Notes under the pieces: generated by a model | The model's input: only the letters and a program-made list of their open reading frames with translations | Database searches by the model: none | What the model was told of the DNA's origin: nothing | IMG/VR virus record: IMGVR_UViG_3300020458_000018 | Span: 1 to 24,892 of that record | From: a virus | Lineage: Duplodnaviria > Caudoviricetes | Direction: 5' to 3' (one strand) | DNA: 24,892 nucleotides | Position numbers and translations under genes: made by a program | Shown here: positions 1 through 7,319 of the stretch, in pieces | Layout of the letters: every line of letters starts with the position of its first letter | Position numbering within the stretch: position 1 is the first letter of the stretch

Positions 1-126
1 TTCTTCAAGATTCCGCAGGCCTTTGCCGGTCTGTTCTTCCTCGCCATTGTCAGCCTGCTGCTGTTCAAGTCGGTGCAGTGGACGCAACAGATCTTCTTCG
101 CCTGGAGCCTGCCGAAGAAGAAGTGA
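1..126 (+). CDS. 3' end of a membrane protein, probably ABC transporter permease (SsuC/TauC/NitT-like), partial
   Basis: Frame 1 is open from base 1 and reads FFKIPQAFAGLFFLAIVSLLLFKSVQWTQQIFFAWSLPKKK, stop TGA 124-126. Hydrophobic helix plus basic tail fits an ABC permease C-terminus; host-like codon usage. Confidence 0.6.
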   Translation, partial: FFKIPQAFAGLFFLAIVSLLLFKSVQWTQQIFFAWSLPKKK

Positions 127-184
127 TAACAGCCGGCGGTGCCTGCGCCGCCGGCCTTCAAGCTACAAGCAAGGACACCCCCCC

Positions 185-667
185 GTGAGTCATACCGAAC
201 GCGATATTTATTTTCTGCGTGAAAGCTTCCGGCTGGCTGAAGAAGCCGGCAAACAAGGCATCCACCCGTTCGCGGCCATCCTGGTCGACGCCGACGGTAA
301 CGTCCTGATGGAGCAGTTGAACGCCTTTCTGCCCGATCACGACATGACCGGCCACGCCGAGCGGGTGCTGATGACCCGCGCCAATACCACCTACAGCCCC
401 GAGGTGCTGGCCGGCTGCACGATATACACCAGCGCCGAACCCTGCGCCATGTGCTCCGGCGCGGTGTACTGGGCCGGCGTTGGCCGGGTGGTTTACGGCG
501 CCAGCGAAAAGCGCCTGAAGGACATGACCGGCAACCACCCGGAAAACCCGACGCTGGATCTGCCCTGCCGCACGGTATTCGAGTCCGGCCAGCGCAGCGT
601 CGAGGTGATCGGCCCGCTGCTGGAAGAGGAATCCATCCGCGTCCACGAAGACTTCTGGAAAGACTGA
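185..667 (+). CDS. Nucleoside/nucleobase deaminase (cytidine/deoxycytidylate deaminase, TadA/guanine deaminase-like family)
   Basis: HPFAAILV, HAE and EPCAMC zinc motifs. GTG at 185 preceded by AAGGA (171-175); 160 aa. The upstream extension in the ORF track is not credible. Confidence 0.9.
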   Translation: MSHTERDIYFLRESFRLAEEAGKQGIHPFAAILVDADGNVLMEQLNAFLPDHDMTGHAERVLMTRANTTYSPEVLAGCTIYTSAEPCAMCSGAVYWAGVGRVVYGASEKRLKDMTGNHPENPTLDLPCRTVFESGQRSVEVIGPLLEEESIRVHEDFWKD

Positions 668-675
668 TTATCGGG

Positions 676-698
676 GCTACAGGCGACTCGCCTGTAGC
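676..698. repeat. Perfect 11-bp inverted repeat (GCTACAGGCGA-C-TCGCCTGTAGC) at the host/prophage junction; probable remnant of the host terminator hairpin
   Basis: Starts 9 nt after the deaminase stop. No U-tract follows; the last 6 nt coincide with the inferred first 6 nt of the prophage. Confidence 0.65.
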
Positions 699-740
699 GC
701 CGCGCGATATTTGCGAAGTCGTTGCGCGATAATTAAACCG
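693..740. promoter_or_regulatory. Prophage right end (attR) with two tandem putative transposase-binding sites
   Basis: TGTAGCGCCGCGCGATATTTGCGAAGTCGTTGCGCGATAATT starts with TG. GCGCGATA is repeated at 702-709 and 724-731 (22-bp period) and the stretch is collinear with the Mu R1-R2 end as I recall it (TGAAGCGGCGCACGAAAAACGCGAAAGCGTTTCACGATAAAT). Confidence 0.75.
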
Positions 741-781
741 TGCCTCGTGTTGCTCAGGCTGAAAAGAAATTGCAGAAACGA

Positions 782-1411
782 TTACTTGAGCAGAGTAGCT
801 ACCGTTTGGCCAAGCAGGGTAGCTTTGTACCAGCCTCCACCAAAGCCTCCTTTCTCGAACCCGTAAAGTCCAAGTGTGGTGAGCCCTGATAGTAGCTGGA
901 CGTCATCGCTACCTAGGGGCAGCGATATAGAGCCAACGCCCTTAGGCTGTTGCCCATTTATGACGACGGAGCTGCAAGTACTGGTCCGAACGAGGAAGGC
1001 TGCCTCTTCTGCCGAGATGTCACGAAGGGCTCGTGCGACTGCCGCTGTTTGAGCCTCAATGATCTCCACAGAAAGCGTGTTCCTAATCGCTCCCCTGAGG
1101 TACTCCAACTTGGTCTCGTTAACCGTCTGCAGGGCGCAGGATACCGCGTCACCGATCAGCTGGTACTGGGCGTCAGTCAGCTCGTCGAGCCTGCGCTCCA
1201 GGCCCATCAGATCATCACTTACATCATTGATGAACTTGGCTAGACGCTCCTCGTGCCGGCGCGCTGCGAGCGTGCCTGTGAGGATCGGGAGGAATATGGC
1301 AGCTCCAACTGATGCCCCGGCCGCCACCGCTGTCGCGGCAGCAGTGACTGCCGGATGCCCTGCAACCTGCTCCAGCGCGGTCGGTTTGTAGTCGTCCTTG
1401 TTGATCGCCAT
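782..1411 (-). CDS. Accessory (moron) hypothetical protein, 209 aa; possible Abi-alpha/DUF4393-like
   Basis: Clean ORF with GCAGGA upstream, last gene before attR. Ala-rich amphipathic N-terminus, helical core with 'ETKLEYLRGAIRN...LRDISAEEAAFL', wHTH-like C-terminus. Family call is pattern recall only. Confidence 0.7.
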   Translation of the reverse strand: MAINKDDYKPTALEQVAGHPAVTAAATAVAAGASVGAAIFLPILTGTLAARRHEERLAKFINDVSDDLMGLERRLDELTDAQYQLIGDAVSCALQTVNETKLEYLRGAIRNTLSVEIIEAQTAAVARALRDISAEEAAFLVRTSTCSSVVINGQQPKGVGSISLPLGSDDVQLLSGLTTLGLYGFEKGGFGGGWYKATLLGQTVATLLK

Positions 1412-1438
1412 TCCTGCTGCCTCCCTTGATGTGAGGGG

Positions 1439-2230
1439 TCAGAATAGCCCAGCTGGCTCGGCGCTGATATCCCAGCTGAAGATAAGCACCTCCGAGGCGT
1501 TGCTGCCTTTGCCTCCGCCGACTGTGTACTTGATGTCGGTCGCTTCGATGTGGAAGTCGGCGAAGCACCGGCGGATGTCGGGGTGGTCGTTGAGGCTGAT
1601 GATGGCCTTGCCCTTGAGCGCCTTCAGCATCGCGGCCATCTCTTCGTATTGTTCGAAGCCGAACGGCACGCCGTACCCCTCGGTCTCCCAATACGGTGGG
1701 TCGCAGTAGAAGAAGGTGTGCTCCCGGTCGTACTTGCGCATGCAGTCCTGCCAGCTCAGGTGCTCGATGTAGGTGTTGCTGAGCCGTAGGTGCGCGGCCG
1801 ACAGGCTCTCCTCGAGCCGCAGCAGGTTCAGGCCCGGAGGGGTTGTGGTGGCTGTGCCGTAGCTCTGGCCATCGACGCGACCGCCAAAGGCGCTCTGCTG
1901 AAGGTAGTAAAATCGGGCGGCGCGCTGGATGTCCGTGAGAGTCGCGGGATTGGTGTCCTGCAGCCACTTGAATACCTGGCGGCTGCTGAGTGCCCACTTG
2001 AACTGCCTGACGAACTCCTCCAGATGCACCTGGACGACTCGGTACAGGTTGACCAGGTCGCCGTTGACGTCGTTTAGCACCTCGACGTCGGCAGGGACCG
2101 ATCGCAAGAAGTACAACGCCGCACCTCCGGCGAAGGGCTCGACGTAGCAGCTGTGACGAGGAAACAGCGGGAAGATGCGATCGGCAAGACGTCGCTTGCC
2201 GCCGATCCAGGGGATGATGGGCTGTGCCAT
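1439..2230 (-). CDS. DNA adenine methyltransferase (D12/Dam-like N6-MTase) occupying the Mu mom position
   Basis: PWIGGKRR, YVEPFAGG (SAM binding), LNDVN, CDPPY (catalytic). ATG at 2230 with GGAGG 5 nt upstream; 263 aa. Target specificity cannot be read from sequence. Confidence 0.93.
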   Translation of the reverse strand: MAQPIIPWIGGKRRLADRIFPLFPRHSCYVEPFAGGAALYFLRSVPADVEVLNDVNGDLVNLYRVVQVHLEEFVRQFKWALSSRQVFKWLQDTNPATLTDIQRAARFYYLQQSAFGGRVDGQSYGTATTTPPGLNLLRLEESLSAAHLRLSNTYIEHLSWQDCMRKYDREHTFFYCDPPYWETEGYGVPFGFEQYEEMAAMLKALKGKAIISLNDHPDIRRCFADFHIEATDIKYTVGGGKGSNASEVLIFSWDISAEPAGLF

Positions 2231-2277
2231 GTAAACCTCCAATCGGCGCTCGGGGCGCTCGCTTTGAGGCTCATGGC
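2226..2277 (-). promoter_or_regulatory. Translation-inhibitory hairpin sequestering the MTase SD and AUG, enclosing tandem GAGCGCC repeats (putative Com target)
   Basis: mRNA: GCCAUG-AGCCUC...GAGCGCC-CC-GAGCGCC...GAGGUU-UA-CAUGGC. The 5' arm pairs with the SD region and the start codon. Confidence 0.65.
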
Positions 2278-2387
2278 CTTCTTTGGTTGAGTGTCCCGCA
2301 GCGGGGGCACTTGATCTCGATGATGCTGCCTTGGCCGACCTTGGCCAGGAGCCGTGAACAACGACCACAACGCAGTTCTTTCAACAT
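2271..2387 (-). CDS. com: Com-family zinc-finger translational activator (38 aa; absent from the ORF track)
   Basis: Hand translation MLKELRCGRCSRLLAKVGQGSIIEIKCPRCGTLNQRRP*. CxxC-x16-CxxC as in Mu Com; directly upstream of the DNA-modification gene. Confidence 0.85.
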   Translation of the reverse strand: MLKELRCGRCSRLLAKVGQGSIIEIKCPRCGTLNQRRP

Positions 2388-2416
2388 CTGCAAAGCCTTT
2401 TCAATTCTGATAGCCT
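2388..2416 (+). promoter_or_regulatory. Putative sigma70 promoter, antisense to the late operon
   Basis: CTGCAA (2388-2393), 17 nt, TAGCCT (2411-2416) with TG at the extended -10 position; immediately precedes a multi-hairpin region. Confidence 0.4.
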
Positions 2417-2418
2417 TG

Positions 2419-2520
2419 CCCCGCACTCGCGAGTGTGGGGGGCCTTGGCTGGCTTGCAGCTACTTCTGCTTGTTAGCGTCCGGGTCAGGTGTTGGCGCAC
2501 CTAGCCCGGTCGCCTCTCTT
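2419..2520 (+). ncRNA. Candidate structured ncRNA, antisense to the com leader
   Basis: Stems 2419-2427/2432-2440; 2448-2453/2472-2477 with inner 2456-2459/2466-2469; 2480-2491/2498-2509 (loop UUGGCG); possible closing 2438-2443/2512-2517. Non-Watson-Crick pairs are G-U only on the + strand. Confidence 0.45.
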
Positions 2521-2565
2521 AATAATGAAAAGCCGGTTATCTGATGAGCCAGGCTCCTATGGTCG

Positions 2566-5500
2566 TTACGCTTGTGGGTAGGGCAGCAATGGCGGCGTGA
2601 AATCAGCAGCGTAACGGCCAACACCTTTAGTAACTCGCCATCCATCGACGTGACCGCTGAAATCACGGTCATTCGTCACTGTGTTACGGCCAACAAAAAC
2701 ACCCGCATTCGTATAGTTCGTAGTGTCTGCGTAACTGGCTCCGCGTTGCGCGCCACCCACAAATAAGCGCGTTACACCGTCAACCCTACACAGCGCACAG
2801 TGCTGAAATATTGCGACGGAGACTGTACCTGATGGCCCACTTATTCGATTGGCGCCGCTCAGGTAGTAGAACAAATCGGTGCCTGGAGACGAGAATGTGT
2901 TGTACAACATGGGACGCGGACTGTTTGAAACTCCGCCGCGAAAGTCGATCGGCGAGAATGCCTTCAACGTTGACACGTACTGAAACCACTCGATGGTGAA
3001 GTCCCCGGTACCAAAGTCAAAATCAGGGTCGTAAGGAGTGCTGATATAGTCTCCCGCGCCATCCAGCAGGAGGCTGCTTACGCCCCCTGCAGAGCGGACG
3101 GTAGAGATTTGAGCATTGCCGTGAACGCTCCATACCTTTCCCTTCGCATCGGTGATGGCAGTGCTTCCGTCTGCCCCCGAAAACTCCAGCAAACTAACAA
3201 CATTGGCCCAGTAAGGATCAACCTCCGCTTCACCAACAGTGACAATATGGGAGTATTTCTGCCAGCTAGTGAGCTCATCACGGACCGAGTACAGCTCTAC
3301 GCGATATACCCCATCGGACGGCGGCGTCCACGTCACTGTCGTGCCTGTCAAACCGCTCTCAACCGCCAGCGGTGTTGTACCAACAGCCGGGTAAAATTCA
3401 GCCTCGTAGGTAACACCAGGCTCGGGGCCGATACTTGCTGCAGCGGCGTCTATCAGTTGATCAGACTGCATTGCTCGGTCCCTGTGTGCCCATGTCAACA
3501 CGACGTCGCCAGTGGTCTCCTCCGGGTAGTCCAGCAAATTGATCTTGACCCCTGCCGGCGGATACGGCCGGAACCAGCGCTGGTCCATGTCTACCGTGAG
3601 TAGTGAGGCTGATTCGAGCGCCAGCTCGTCGATACTGGTGCGAGTAAGCAGCTTTGCATTGACCGTGTCGCCGTCCAGGTACTGCGCGCCGTCAGTTGCT
3701 GCCCAGTCTCCGCAGAACCAGATCCTCGACCCAGCTGCATGCTGCCACGGCACGGTGTCCGCGCATCCGCGGCCGAGCGTGACTGTGAGTGCATCCTGGT
3801 CGATAGCGTCAACGCGCACGATCTCGTCGTCCCAGAGTGCCCAGCTGCCGACCTCGACCAACTCAAGCCCTGAGGCGGCAGTCATGGTGAACGATGCATC
3901 AAGGTATCCGGCGGCCTCTACAATCAGCGCCGATGGGCACCACTCGCCTGAGCCGGTCTCGTCCAGCTCAACGCCGGCCGGAGCCGAGTACAGCGAATAG
4001 TTCAGGCCGCTGGACGGCTCGACGGCCATCGCCATGATTGCGCCTGAGTCGTCAGGGAAAACAGCAAGGTCGGCCGCTGATAGGTTTGCAACGACCTCAA
4101 CGTATGGCGCTTCGATCAGGCGCTGGAATAGTGGCGCTACCGGTGGCTGGTAGACCGGCGCCGCCTGGCTTGGCTGCACTGTGACGTAGGTGGTCTCGGG
4201 CATCGAGTAGACGTCCTGCACACCGGTGATCTTGATATTGCCATCCTTCAGCGTGCCGTACTCGATGTCACCGACAACGATCGTCATGTCGGTGACACCT
4301 TCTTCTGGCGCCTGGATACGGGCCTTCAGCCCTGGGCGAAGCTTCCAGATATCGCCGCGGCGGTTGGTAGTCAGGGTGACTTTTGACAGCGGCGTCGACA
4401 TGGCTGCGAGGTCTCGCGCCGCCAGCCTCATGGCCAGAGACTCAATGGCAATCTCTGGATATTTGATGGTCTCTGGAATTGGCCGGCCAGCAGCGTGCAC
4501 AGCGCCGCGCGATTGCACCGGCGGTGTCGATCGCTTCTTGCAGTTCTCAACGTCGAACCATTCAACGATGACCTCATTCACCTGTTCCGTGATCGTTGTC
4601 GGCTCCAGCGTTATCGAGATGATGTCGTCGCTGGTGATGGTAGTGAGCGAGTCTGGGTCTGCGGTTGGGCGAATCAGGTCCAGGTAGTACTCGCCGTGCT
4701 CCCGAGAGAACGTGAGCGCGCCGCCAATGATCCGCAAGATCCGCTCCTGGAAGTCCTCAATGGTTTCTTCGTAATCGTAGTAGGTGCAGATCCCGAGCCC
4801 CTCCGCATACAGCTGGTCAGCTGCAGCGCGGAAGCTGGCATCGTTGATCAGCGCAACCGGCTCGCCCTGCATGTCGCTAGCGGTGACGGTGTCGTAAAGC
4901 ACATGTGCCGGGTTCATGCCCAGGAGCGGCACACCGGAGAACGAGAGGCTGACGACATTGCCCACATCGTCAGACGCGCTGATCTCAGCGAACGCCTTAA
5001 CAAGCACATCCACCACACCGGCCGCGATAAACGAGTAGGAAACCGGGTTGGCGTCGTTACCTGGAATCGGCTCGTTGGTGGGGTTGGACGAACCAACGTT
5101 GACGCCATCGACCCAAACAACGCAGCCGTTGTCTGCAGCAATGTGCATGGTGATGCCGCTGGAGGCGACGTGGATCTGCCGGCGCAACCAGATATTCGAC
5201 CGCGCCGGAGTCCAGTAAGGCCCGCCACTCATTCCATTGGTCGAGAACGGCAGCTCGCCGCCGAGCTGCCATCCTGACGTGGGTACCGTGAAGTCGCTCC
5301 ATACCGTGTTTGGCTCACTGAAGGGCTCGACGACATATTCCCAGCCTTCGCCCATCAGCGTCACGCTGCCATCGAGCAGTGCGATTTCCGCCTTCTCCGG
5401 GTACCACGGCTCGTCATTATCCCAGTCCGCCAAGATCCGGCGCACTTTCCAGGCGCTGCGCTTGGGATAAGGATTCATTGCGCCCCAGCGCCCGCCCCTC

Positions 5501-5820
5501 CATACGGCCAATGCCAGGCCACGGTATGCGGGTTGGGCAGAGCCGAGCTTTGCAGACAGGTAATCATTGGGTTCCTGGTCGGCATCACCCAGCTGCAGGT
5601 CGAGATAGCCTTGAACGCCGCCTTCCTTCTTCTGGCCGCCCCAGAGGTTGAGCGCGTTGACATAGACCCGGCTGGTCTCTGTGACTACGCCTTTCCAGGC
5701 TGTGCGGCCGCCAGCGCGGAACTCAAGGATGGCATCTACCGGACCTTTGCAGAGCACCAGCGCCTGCAGGTACTTGTACCAGTAGCCAATGACCTGGCTC
5801 TTACTGCCGCCACTGCTCAT
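2566..5820 (-). CDS. Tail tip/central tail protein (putative phage tail protein family), 1084 aa, with an inserted jelly-roll domain and a C-terminal LamG/ConA-like domain
   Basis: N-terminal 'GYWY...LCKGPVD', 'WYPEKA', 'MNPAH', 'RGCADT', 'RPYPPAGVKIN' motifs typical of this tail gene in Mu-like siphophages; C-terminal 'DPYWANVVSLL...FGTGDFTIEW...RVTKGVGRY'. Confidence 0.88.
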   Translation of the reverse strand: MSSGGSKSQVIGYWYKYLQALVLCKGPVDAILEFRAGGRTAWKGVVTETSRVYVNALNLWGGQKKEGGVQGYLDLQLGDADQEPNDYLSAKLGSAQPAYRGLALAVWRGGRWGAMNPYPKRSAWKVRRILADWDNDEPWYPEKAEIALLDGSVTLMGEGWEYVVEPFSEPNTVWSDFTVPTSGWQLGGELPFSTNGMSGGPYWTPARSNIWLRRQIHVASSGITMHIAADNGCVVWVDGVNVGSSNPTNEPIPGNDANPVSYSFIAAGVVDVLVKAFAEISASDDVGNVVSLSFSGVPLLGMNPAHVLYDTVTASDMQGEPVALINDASFRAAADQLYAEGLGICTYYDYEETIEDFQERILRIIGGALTFSREHGEYYLDLIRPTADPDSLTTITSDDIISITLEPTTITEQVNEVIVEWFDVENCKKRSTPPVQSRGAVHAAGRPIPETIKYPEIAIESLAMRLAARDLAAMSTPLSKVTLTTNRRGDIWKLRPGLKARIQAPEEGVTDMTIVVGDIEYGTLKDGNIKITGVQDVYSMPETTYVTVQPSQAAPVYQPPVAPLFQRLIEAPYVEVVANLSAADLAVFPDDSGAIMAMAVEPSSGLNYSLYSAPAGVELDETGSGEWCPSALIVEAAGYLDASFTMTAASGLELVEVGSWALWDDEIVRVDAIDQDALTVTLGRGCADTVPWQHAAGSRIWFCGDWAATDGAQYLDGDTVNAKLLTRTSIDELALESASLLTVDMDQRWFRPYPPAGVKINLLDYPEETTGDVVLTWAHRDRAMQSDQLIDAAAASIGPEPGVTYEAEFYPAVGTTPLAVESGLTGTTVTWTPPSDGVYRVELYSVRDELTSWQKYSHIVTVGEAEVDPYWANVVSLLEFSGADGSTAITDAKGKVWSVHGNAQISTVRSAGGVSSLLLDGAGDYISTPYDPDFDFGTGDFTIEWFQYVSTLKAFSPIDFRGGVSNSPRPMLYNTFSSPGTDLFYYLSGANRISGPSGTVSVAIFQHCALCRVDGVTRLFVGGAQRGASYADTTNYTNAGVFVGRNTVTNDRDFSGHVDGWRVTKGVGRYAADFTPPLLPYPQA

Positions 5821-6047
5821 ACCTGCGCCTCCTGCTCGATGCGTGCCGACTCATGCGCCCACTCGACCAGTGCGATCGCCAGGCCGTCGCCTGTAGCCAG
5901 GAACGCCTCCTCCGGGATGCCGCCGTGGCGAAACTGGTACCAGTCGAGGCCATGGCGCTGAAAGAAGTCGCGCGCTCGGCCGTTACACCAGCCGGGCTTT
6001 CCTCCGGTACCGGGGATGGTATGCAAGTGCTGCAGTGTGATGTTCAC
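5817..6047 (-). CDS. Small tail-assembly protein (76 aa)
   Basis: GTG start overlapping the upstream stop (GTGA); 'WCNGRARDFFQRHGLDWYQFRHGGI...LATGD'; stop overlaps the next ATG; expected syntenic position. Confidence 0.8.
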   Translation of the reverse strand: MNITLQHLHTIPGTGGKPGWCNGRARDFFQRHGLDWYQFRHGGIPEEAFLATGDGLAIALVEWAHESARIEQEAQV

Positions 6048-6265
6048 TTCTTGCCTCCAGAACTCTTGATCGGGACCTTGCCCATCTTTTTGAACGCGAC
6101 GAGTGTCGGGTCCTCGATCCAGGCCGTGCCGTAGATTTTTCGGGGTTTGATGCCTTCCTCGGTCGTCGGCATGTTGCCTTCTTGCGGGGCCGGGGCTTCC
6201 TGCTTTGGCATGAGGGCCGCGATAACGACGACGGCGATGACGAGTACAGCGAGAATTGGCCACAT
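6044..6265 (-). CDS. Small tail-assembly protein (73 aa, hydrophobic N-terminus; lambda gpI-like position)
   Basis: MWPILAVLVIAVVVIAALMPK...PTTEEG...IYGTAWI...GGKK; ATG 10 nt after the preceding stop. Confidence 0.8.
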   Translation of the reverse strand: MWPILAVLVIAVVVIAALMPKQEAPAPQEGNMPTTEEGIKPRKIYGTAWIEDPTLVAFKKMGKVPIKSSGGKK

Positions 6266-6275
6266 AGCGGATTCC

Positions 6276-7319
6276 CTACCAGACGGGGTCGCCCGAATAC
6301 GGGTCTTCAAGCGGCATGTGCAAGCAGCCGCCGTAGTTGGATTGGTTCTCGAATTCACCACATGCAGCCCAAGAATGAGCGCAGCCGGGGTACGCGGTGA
6401 CGACAAGGTCGACGGCCAGATCCAGCGCACCGTAGTCGATGATGATTGTGTCGCCGGTGTGCTCGCGGATTGTGTGGATTTCTGTCGCCCCGTCAGCACG
6501 CACCCACTCGATGAAGCCGCCTGCCAGCCGCCCGCTGGCGTAGGTGGTGAACTCGGCCGCAGTGAGGGTCAGGCCAGTCACTGCGGTGAGCGTTGCGTCA
6601 AACTTCAGCGGTGCCGTGTATGCCGTCAGCTCAAGTCCGACAACCAGCTCGGCGTGCCAGTTGGCCAGCGTGATCGTTTGCCCGCTGTGGCTGACAATCG
6701 GGATCTGCTGCACCGCTTCCTCGGCATCAATCCACTCGATCAACCCGCCAGCCAGCGTGCGCGGTGAGAATGCGAACTCGGCGGCGGTGATGGTGAGTGT
6801 CAACTCGGCGACAGCAGTCAGCGTGCCCGGTACCGGAACTGCGTCCGGGTCGAGGTTGCAGAGTCCTGGGCCCATGCTGAACACCACATGGTCACAACCG
6901 ACGGTCAGCCGTCGCGGCGTGCCGGTGCGGCGGCCCTTGGTCGTGCTCGGCTCAACTGATAGCTCCAACAGGTCGTCCTTGAACTTCGGTGCCACGACGC
7001 GGCCCTGCGCCTCAACGATCGTCTCTGTCTCACCGACGTGCCTACAAAGCACGATGAGCGTGATTGGTTCGGATGGGCTGTACGGCCACCAGTTGGCAGC
7101 GACGTCTGCAGACCTGGGCATCGAGATTTTGAACGCGCGGCGGCCTTTCTCGCTGCCTTGCCGGAAGTTCGGTGGCTTAATGGGCAGCGGTGAGTACTCC
7201 TGCTCGTTGAGCGTCATCACCCGGTCAGCAGACGTGTAGCACCAGGTAACCGGCCCTCTCGCGAACTTATAAAAGAAGATGGGCTTTGCCCCGAACCAGC
7301 TGCTCTCAAGCAGACTCAC
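6276..7319 (-). CDS. Tail-tip hub protein, DUF2163/BR0599 family (lambda gpL-like, four-Cys putative Fe-S), with internal domain duplication
   Basis: Cys142, Cys154, Cys313, Cys320; C-terminal 'YPGCAHSWAAC..F.N..NYGG..HMP..DP'. Confidence 0.85.
   Translation of the reverse strand: MSLLESSWFGAKPIFFYKFARGPVTWCYTSADRVMTLNEQEYSPLPIKPPNFRQGSEKGRRAFKISMPRSADVAANWWPYSPSEPITLIVLCRHVGETETIVEAQGRVVAPKFKDDLLELSVEPSTTKGRRTGTPRRLTVGCDHVVFSMGPGLCNLDPDAVPVPGTLTAVAELTLTITAAEFAFSPRTLAGGLIEWIDAEEAVQQIPIVSHSGQTITLANWHAELVVGLELTAYTAPLKFDATLTAVTGLTLTAAEFTTYASGRLAGGFIEWVRADGATEIHTIREHTGDTIIIDYGALDLAVDLVVTAYPGCAHSWAACGEFENQSNYGGCLHMPLEDPYSGDPVW

Noticed and set aside
132-155. GC-rich stem-loop between permease and deaminase as a terminator
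   Set aside because: The stem is real but has no U-tract and lies inside an apparent operon; function unsupported.
23-184. Cys/Ser/Arg-rich N-terminal extension of the deaminase in the ORF track
   Set aside because: Overlaps the upstream permease in another frame; GTG 185 has an SD and gives a normal-length deaminase.
2231-2368. 46-aa N-terminal extension of the methyltransferase (309-aa ORF)
   Set aside because: Overlaps com in another frame; the strong GGAGG and the family N-terminus point to ATG 2230.
2074-2370. 98-aa minus-strand ORF overlapping com and the MTase
   Set aside because: Out-of-frame overlap with two better-supported genes and no recognisable motif; relevant only if com is frameshifted.
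2520-3300. Diversity-generating retroelement or Gin-type invertible segment at the tail gene 3' end
   Set aside because: No reverse transcriptase, invertase, duplicated template repeat or flanking inverted sites seen in this window.
6048-6499. Long versions of ORFs 5817..6263 and 6044..6499
   Set aside because: Extensions overlap neighbouring genes; starts at 6047 and 6265 give a clean, coupled gene series.
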